The notes beneath the pieces are model-generated. The model was given only the letters and a program-made list of their open reading frames with translations, ran no database searches and was not told the origin of the DNA. Position numbers and translations under genes: made by a program. DNA of 64,000 nt from the human T2T-CHM13v2.0 reference genome, Homo sapiens. Shown piece by piece: positions 56,210-64,000 of this stretch (positions are counted from its first letter, which is position 1; every line of letters starts with the position of its first letter). The DNA is taken from the NCBI RefSeq assembly GCF_009914755.1, contig NC_060932.1; one strand, 5' to 3'.

Positions 56210-56612
56210 TCCCTTTGCCCTCTGCAGCCACCATCCATTCCTCTGTCTGTGCTCTGTAGCCCAAGGGGCTGACCTTATGAACTGCATCAATGTACATCCT
56301 CACCCTGAGGGTAACAGTTGGGTTCTGCCACTGAGAGGCGTGGCAAGAGACTGGAGGGAGGACAGGAAGAGTGTAGCTGGGGGTGTCACGCCCCCGTTGC
56401 CAACAGCCCTCTTCTAGTGACAGGCACAGGCCTTGCTCCTTTGGGGGATGCTCCCCTCCCTGGCTCCTTCAGGTTTTAGGGCAGAAAATGCTGCTTACTG
56501 TGCTTCACACCTCCTGTTGGTTTCCCTTAACCCTGCCCACAACCTTTGCAAACAATCCCTTCTTTCAACTCTTTGAGGGGAGTCTCCACTTCCTGCTGGG
56601 ATCCTGACTAAT
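56210..56612. mobile_element. LTR33-like ERVL LTR (next to MIRs at 55850-56205)
   Basis: cccttaaccctgcccacaacctttgcaaac...ttcctgctgggatcctgactaata. Confidence 0.6.
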
Positions 56613-58039
56613 ATTCCCAGGTAGTTTAACTCTAGAGCTGGTGCTCAATGCACTGGACATGATCCCAGGGACAGAATCTATTAACAATCCAATTACAACC
56701 AAGTGGATATTGACTGAAGTTAAGGCTGGTCCTCAGAACGTTTGTAGACAACAAGAATGGCTGAAGACTGGAGTGGTCCCAGACCCAGAACCCACTGGCT
56801 CACCGCTCTGCACACATCTCGTTTGACCAGCAGTGGGCCTTTCTGGGTAAAAGGCCTTCCCTGGTTTTATGTAAAACTGTGTTAATTATAGCCTAGTCTC
56901 TAGTTTTCTGTAGTGCACAGTTGAATGTTTAGTTATATCAACACACACATGTATTTTAATATATTTTATAATCTGGTCCATATTTTCTATAGACGTACTC
57001 ATGCAAATAAACAATTTGTAATCTGATTCCCACTTTAAACTCTATCTTCAAATTGCTCCAGGTCCTCATGTATTTCCACATGGATTCCCACTCTCCCATA
57101 AGCCCTACATGATTTTGTAACTTGTCATATTCATCCTTCAAAGCCCAGCTCAGAAATACCTCTTCCAGAAAGCAGTACCTGTTCTCTCCCTCCACTGAGT
57201 CACTTATTTCCTTCATGGGCTACCTTGGGCAGTTCCTTGCAATTTACTGACTCACATGTCCATCTCTTCTACCAGAATGAGTGCTCCTTGAGGACAGAAT
57301 CATCTATGTCTCCCCAGTACCTTGCATGGTGCCTCAAATAGGTAAATGCAGAATAACTGCTGAAAGAATGGACTGCTGATAGTGTGAAATTGTTAGCTCG
57401 TCATGAATAGGGAAGGTTTATTATACTTACATCTGTTCTATCTCTTACAATAATGCTAGACAAATATTAGGGCCTTAATATTTGTCAAATTACTGGGTTT
57501 CAAACATTCCGCATTAGGGCCCTACTAAACCTGGCTTCTGCCTAGTATCTCAATATCCCTGTAAAGGACAGAAACATGAAGCACAGTGTGAAACGTTTCT
57601 TGTTTGTTCTCCATACCTGTGTCATCCGTGCCTGCCAGCAGAACAATTACTGAATTATATGGTAATCAAAGATTAGTACGCATTAACTCAAAGGACCTTC
57701 TAGGAGTCTGAGTGCCCTTGAAATGAGTCTGTCTTTGAATCCAGGTATTTTGTGTGTCTGTGCACATTTGTTTAACAATGTGTGCAGTTGATTAAGAATG
57801 CATAGTTTTTATCAGATTCTCAAAGGTTCCTGTGACCCAGTAGAGATTAAGAACCACTTGCTCTGCAATTGTATAAGGAGTATGGGGAAGAATGTCTCCT
57901 GATACTGTCAAACGGCCAACTAGAAGCTGTTAGGGTAAGATAGAACTTTCCGAAAGATGCTCTTCTCCTCCACTTTCCTACAGTAGAGTCCTTTCAGTCT
58001 GAAAGCAAGAATTGGGAAATACAATTCATTTTCCTGTTT

Positions 58040-58492
58040 GTGATTATGTTCTGCAGAATGTGCCTGGCAGACCTCCAACAACAGGGTTGTTAATTGACAA
58101 CAGCTCCACTGCTGTGCTCTGGAATCTATTACCACATTCACACTGAGACCTCAACTCCCCTGGACTGTACACAGCCAGTGACTGAGAAAAGCAGCAATTG
58201 TAAAGCTCATTTTCAAAGACAATGAATTCCTCTGACAGCCCCCTTTAGACTCCCCGACAGCTGTGCCAAGCTTTCCTCAGACTGTCCTAGTCTAGGACAT
58301 TCCCACCAGCCTTCCTTCTCCATCTCCCCTTCACCCAGCGTCAGGCATCAGGCTTGTATTTAGGTCTGATGACTCTCCCAGCCTTCTTTGTGCCCTTCCG
58401 CAATTTTTTCTCACGGGCTCCCCCCAATAAAATCCTCGTACATTTAATCTCCTTTTGGCATCTGCTTCCCATAGGACCCAGACCAACACAAC
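58040..58492 (+). mobile_element. LTR16-like ERVL LTR
   Basis: tctcccagcctt...cccccaataaaatcctcgtacatttaatc...catctgcttcccataggacccagaccaacaca. Confidence 0.65.
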
Positions 58493-58687
58493 AATGGTGC
58501 CTGAGCTGCAGCTCCGGCCTTTACAGTGTTCAACCAGCTATCTCTGTGTTATGTGTGTTTCACAAAGGAAGCAAAGAATGTTTAAATGGCATCATTCTAT
58601 AACATACCAGACATTAGCGCAGGAAAATAACTCATAGCTAGAAGGAAAACAATGATTTGCACTCAAGACGGTGGATATGATACTAAC

Positions 58688-58903
58688 CTTTGTCAGACAC
58701 CTCTATCGTTAAGTTGTACTGAGGAGTATCTTGCTTCTTCAAGGACTGTTTAGCTAACTGTAACATTCCAGCATAGGTTTGGATTAGGAAGAGTCCATCC
58801 ATGGGAAGTTTGGGAGTTTGCTCCACAATCCTGTAGTTTAGAAAACTGTTGGCAGTATTTTCTTCATCCCTGTCATGTGCAGTAAGGGTCCCGATACTGT
58901 TAC
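58688..58903 (-). CDS. CDH17: CDH17 exon 10 (GNSIGTLTAHDRD...IEVSDK-D), 216 nt
   Basis: Manual translation; AG at 58904-58905, donor GTTAG; phase 1-1 is consistent with the neighbouring exons. Confidence 0.97.
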
Positions 58904-59061
58904 CTATGAGGAAGGAAAGAAGGAAAACCCACCATTACAGGCTCCACATAATCTATTAAAATAGTTTCACTAAAATAAGCACATTCCTAGAAAACACCAT
59001 GAATAACTTTGAATAGCAGACAAATGCTCTTAGAGTTATTTTGGTTCTTCTCATCCTATCA

Positions 59062-59951
59062 TGTAATGGGTTGAATAGTGTATTTGTCAGCCAGGGCTGT
59101 CATTAAGTATCATGGATTAAACAACAGAGACTTATTTTTTCACAGTTCTGGAGGCCAGAAGTCTGCAATCAAGGTGTTGCTGGGGTTGGTTTCTTCCGAG
59201 GCTTCTCCTGGGCTTGTGAGTGGCTGTCTTTTCCTTCCGGTGCCTTCACAGCACCTTCCTTCTGAACCTCCCTATGTCCACATTTCCTCTTATAAGGATA
59301 CCAGTCATACTGGATTAGGGCCCACTGTAAGGACATTTTACTTTCATTACCTCTTTTAAAACCTTATCTCCAAATATAGTCACATTCCGAGGTACTAGGG
59401 GTTAGAACTTCACCCTATGAATCTGGGGGAGGGGGAAGATGTAGCCTAGAACAGAGGGTTACAACCTCAACATATAATTTGGGGGGCACGGGGACACATT
59501 CAGCCCATAACACCTAGTACTCCCTCCCAAAACTTCATGTCTACCAGAACCTGAGCATGGGACTCATTTGCAAATAAGACCTTCACAGATGTCACTAGTT
59601 AAGGCTCTGGAGATGAAATCATCCTGGATTTAGAGGCAGCCCTAAATTCAGTGACAGGTGCCCCTATAAGAAGGGAAACACAGAGATGCACACAGAGGAG
59701 GAAATGATCTGGAGGAGGAAGCCAGAAGTTGGAGATAGGCTGCCACAAGTAGCCAGGGAACACCAGATGCCAACAGAAGCCGGAAGAGGCAAGGAAAGAT
59801 TCTCCCCTTGAGACTCTGGAGGGAACGCTGCCCTGCAAGCACCTTGATTTCAGACTTCCAGCCTCCAGGTCTAGGAGAGAAAAGATTTCTGTTGTTTTAA
59901 GTCACCAAATTGGTGGTGATTTGTTGCTGTAGCCCTAGGACGCTAATACAC
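59062..59951 (+). mobile_element. MLT1C/D LTR with a second MLT1 LTR nested in reverse (59078-59511)
   Basis: The host starts tgtaatgggttgaatag, resumes ...cccaaaacttcatgtc and ends cgctaataca; the inner element runs tgtatttgtcagccagggctg...cagcccataaca. Confidence 0.75.
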
Positions 59952-61021
59952 ATGGCAAATGGTATCACTAAACAAAGAGAAGCCAACCCTAGATTGCATC
60001 TAAGCAACTTCATGGAACAATTGCAGAAACTGACTCTACTCCAAAGATAACACAGGGCAGGGACCAGGCAGGATCCTCTCCACCTTGCTGTAGTTTGTGG
60101 TCCTAAGTATTTTATTCCTGTGAGGGTTTCAGTCCAGGGAGTTCTACAAACCAGTGGCTATGACTCGGTTCTGCACCCAGCTCTGGGCAAGTTCTGACAG
60201 GTTCCAGACCATCCTACTCTGGGAGGTGGGAATTGTAGGTCTCTTTATATGTAGCAAGAATCCCACGTAGGAGCTCAAACTTGAATTCATCCCATTTGTG
60301 GAGTTACACCCCCTCCCCCATCAGCTGACACAGTTTGCATCCACTGACGCATATGGAAATTTAGAGGTTTTTTGGTTTTGGGTTGGGGGAGGAAAAAGAA
60401 AGTACCTATGTATGTCTACAGTAGAGCTGGACACATGCAGATGTGCCTCATGGGCTGCATGCAGGGACCATCGGAATGAATAGGACAGAAGAGAATATGT
60501 TTCTAGTGCATATGGCATGCATATGCCCTTGCAAGAAAAGTATCTGTGTGCTGGGATGAAAGAGTGTCTTACTAAATTCTGTGGTCCTTTGGTGTCTCAG
60601 CAGCCCTGCTATAGCCCTATCCCCTCAGCAAGTGAGCAAGAAACTGAGGACACTGTCCTCCTCTCACTCACAGGAAACCTCCATGCTGCCAGAGGCACCA
60701 TGAGGACTGCTGGCATCAGAGGACACCCCTCGCTGGGAGCAGAGGACCTTGTGGATCAGTCGGAAGTGAAAGGAAAACCATGTCTCTGAGTGACTGAGGC
60801 CTGGAACAAGTGGAGCTCAAACTGATACAGGAGTATACGTAGCATCTCTTAGAAATATGCAGAAATATTTAGGGAGGTGGGGTTTTTATGAGAGTCTAAA
60901 TTTTCTGTATGAATACATAAGACTTGGTGGCAAGTGGGATTCAAGAATAAATGTTAGTGTTGCTAAGACTTGGGGACACGAGTTCACAAGATACCAAACA
61001 GGAGAATGTAAATACACTGGG

Positions 61022-61023
<2 letters not shown>

Positions 61024-61063
<40 letters not shown>

Positions 61064-61073
61064 GTGTGTGTGT
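61024..61073. repeat. (TA)n(TG)n microsatellite at an Alu tail
   Basis: About 17 TA units followed by about 7 TG units, abutting gagatggagtctc. Confidence 0.95.
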
Positions 61074-61345
61074 GAGATGGAGTCTCACTCTGTTGTCTGG
61101 GCTGGAGCACAGTGTCATGATCTCAGCTCACTGCAATCTCTACAAGCCTCTCAAGTAGTTGAGATTACAGGCATGCACCACCACACCTGGGTAATTTTTG
61201 CAGTTTTTTTTTTTTTTTTTTAGTAGAGACAGGGTTTCGCCATGTTGGCCAGGCTGGTCTCGAACTCCTGGCCTCAAGTGATCTGCTCATCTTGGCCTCC
61301 CAAAGTGCTGGGTGGGATTACAGGCATGAGCCACTGCACCTGGCC
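61074..61345 (-). mobile_element. AluS with an internal deletion and an expanded middle A tract
   Basis: Reverse Alu; T run at 61204-61221. Confidence 0.9.
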
Positions 61346-61649
61346 TAATTCAGTATTTTATCAAGGTTTTATTTGTGAATATTTCCACCTACTCATGTCC
61401 TATCAGCTAAGCTAGACAGTAAGTCCCCACAAGGCAGGAGCATTGTCTTGTACCCTTTTAAGCTTACATATATAGAATATGCTCAGTTGATTTATAAGAA
61501 TTCTTGGTCCACTAAAGACTCTGAAATATTTTTACAAAATAAATTCTCACCTTTAGAGAGGCAAATAGCAAGCTGAGCCCCTTCAAAATTTATTCTACCA
61601 ACAATGACTTCTTCAGTCTCAGAAAACCAGCACTATCCTCTTCCCAGAT

Positions 61650-61990
61650 GAGGTAGGCGCCTCGAAAAGAGCTTCCAGCAACCCCCATCTCCTGATATTT
61701 GTGCTTTTTCAGAACCCCATCCTGTTGAGTGCAGGCTGGACCTAGCAACTTGTTTCTAATGGCAAAAGTGATGGGATCGCTTCCAAGATTAGGTCATAGA
61801 AAGACTGATGCCTGTCCTTTCCTGCTCTGCCGTACTCTTTCCCTCTCTCTCAGAACTCTCTGAATTAGAGGTATCCAGCTGAACTTCACCCAGATTCCAG
61901 ACTCACAGAAACTGTGACATAATACATGCTTGTTGTTTCAAGCTGCCAAGATTTAGAGCAATCTGTTTTGCAGAAATAGGTAACAAATAG
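61650..61990 (+). mobile_element. MLT1E/F-like LTR
   Basis: ttgagtgcaggctggacctagcaacttgtttctaa...cacagaaactgtgacataatacatgcttgttgtttcaagctg. Confidence 0.7.
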
Positions 61991-63299
61991 ACTATATGAT
62001 TGGCCCAATGTAAAAGAGGCTTGAAGTGTCATGTCCGGGTCAAGAAAGTTGTCAAAGATTTTCCACCTTTATTCAGTGTCACAGACCATCCCAGATTTCC
62101 CAAGAAGGTGATGGCACACGTGTTTGTTGGCTACTGTTACACTACTGTGACTGTGAGAAGATTCTTCCTTATAACGAACTGAAGTCCTTCAAGCTGGCAT
62201 TAACTCTTCCTGTTGTGGCAAGAGTTGAGAAAAATGAAACAGAGAGGACCTGCACAGAACACAGTGACACAGAACACACTGACAAAAGGCAGCCCACACG
62301 ACACCTGATAGCAAGAAGAAAAATAATGAGCAGTGTGAGCAAGCCGCTCCAGCAGCGCCCACCAAGCCTCCGGGAAGGCACCCACTCTGTCAGAGGTGTG
62401 TCTGGTGAGGAATGGAGGGACGAAAAGAAAATGTGAGCCCATCCACAAAGCACAGGAGGATCTCTCCACAAGGGCAGTGAAGCTCTAGAAATGATAGTCG
62501 TGAGGCTGCTACACTTGGAAGCCTCTGAAAGGTACACAGCACAACAGAACAAAACAGTTCAAGAAATGCCAGTCTGCTCAGTCAAGGGGCTCACTGCCAA
62601 GGGGGAAACAGACAAGCATTGTCCCAAACCCAGAGAAGCCATAAAACTCCCAGAAATTATAATGTTCTTATAGTAGTTGTTCCTATACAAAAACTAAAAA
62701 GCTATCACAGGACACAGTAAAAGAAAACATAGCAAGACAAAGCAAAAATGATAAAAATAGATGGGATTTGACTTCATCTAGCAGCCTCTTGAATTATATT
62801 ATCAGCTTCTTGGAAAGGGGGGCCCAAGGGTCAAAAGTCAACTTCCATTGGTATTGCTTACTTATTGCAGGGTGTCTGTCTGACTTTGGGTGTAAATGTT
62901 TAAATTCTTTGGCAAATGTGATGAGATTATCTCTTTAATGAGATTATTAGAAGTCAAATAACGTATGGGGAAATCCTGCAAATGAGATATCCCTATATAC
63001 ATGTATATAAGATACTAGTGTAGGTGGCTGTGATACTAATGATAGTAGTAAGGTTGATAATGATAGTGATAATGGTAGTAGCGGTAATGGTAGCTATAAA
63101 AGCCCCAATTTAAGAATACTATCCAGATACTGTTTGATCCCAAATACGGTCCTTACGTGACTCCCAAGGTACAGTCAACCTCTATGCTGTGGAAGACATG
63201 GATTACTGACTCCCAGTAAGGTCTCCTGCTCACCTTTTACCCAGCAGAGGAGAGAAATGGAGGGCAGTTACACAGCATTAGGCAGCTCTCATTTCTTAC

Positions 63300-63450
63300 C
63301 CAGTCGTTCATTCTCCTGGACCTCAAATACGGTTACTGGTGACGGACATGTAGGTGGATTATCATTAATATCTTTAACTTTTACATGAATTTCCAGCGGA
63401 TATGAAAGTGGTTTTCCGTACTCATCCTTTGCAACTGCATAAAAAACATA
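63300..63450 (-). CDS. CDH17: CDH17 exon 9 (YVFYAVAKDE...DINDNPP...ENERL-G), 151 nt
   Basis: Manual translation; AG at 63451-63452, donor GTAAG at 63295-63299; DINDN calcium-binding motif. Confidence 0.97.
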
Positions 63451-63756
63451 CTACAACAGGAAAGTCAGAGTTAAGTCAAGACTCACCCACCACCCTCTGT
63501 CAAAAGCAGAGAAAATCGTTGTTTCATTTCTATGTCATTTACTCCCTTATTTTTAATTCACTTAGAATTGGAAAATTTTAAAAACTGAGATGGGTCAGAA
63601 TTATGTGAAAATTATCATGTCTTTGAAAACCAATAATATGCTGGAGTCTGAAATGTGTGTTTTTTTTTTCTTTAAAGTAAAATCCATTTTGCTCTCAACT
63701 GTAGATGGGCATAGGACTTTGTCTTGTCGCCTGTGAAACTCTTCTCTTTTACTCAC

Positions 63757-63888
63757 TGCATCCTTTTCTTCTCGGTCCAAGGGCTGAGTCACGTAAATAT
63801 CTCCTTCCTGGTCAATTGAAAATGGGAATCTTGGCAGCTTCTCTTTGTCAACTAAGGAATATTGTGCACCGGGATCATTCCACCGCAC
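63757..63888 (-). CDS. CDH17: CDH17 exon 8 (VRWNDPGAQY...LDREEKDA), 132 nt, phase 0-0
   Basis: Acceptor tgtag at 63889-63893, donor GTGAGT at 63751-63756; 44 codons; ORF track 63601..63888. Confidence 0.97.
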
Positions 63889-64000
63889 CTACAGGGCCCA
63901 AAGTCAGTTGTGAGGAAAGCTGTATTTGGACTGAGAGAACTGGAAAGGAAATAATTTTCTAGTTCTCAATTTGAAATCTCTGACAACCTTGTATGTTTGT

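Noticed and set aside
60517-62552. 90-136 aa ORFs in intron 9
   Set aside because: No recognisable homology, splice support, or poly(A)/TSD signs of a retrocopy.

Overview
This is primate DNA, almost certainly human, covering the 3' two-thirds of CDH17 (cadherin-17/LI-cadherin) on the minus strand. I could phase 11 coding exons (conventionally exons 8-18, residues ~V262-S832) with GT-AG boundaries into one open frame that ends in TGA at 21151-21153. The ~1.1-kb 3'UTR carries an Alu and an AATAAA at 20102-20107. The rest is intron or downstream intergenic DNA dominated by repeats: two ~6-kb L1PA copies with target-site duplications (TSDs), an ancient L1 interrupted by a near-full-length Tigger1, MER52/THE1/MLT1/LTR16/LTR33 LTRs, Alus, MIR/L2 and small DNA transposons. 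I see no convincing new gene system. The best leads are a composite Alu-MST-Alu insertion under one TSD, inverted Alus flanking exons 13-14 (circRNA candidate), a CpG-rich UPRE/E-box palindrome in intron 12, an in-frame cryptic-exon candidate in intron 14, an L1 with a 3' transduction and a micro-inversion, and an L1 inserted right behind the poly(A) site. Repeat subfamily names come from remembered consensus sequences and are approximate.
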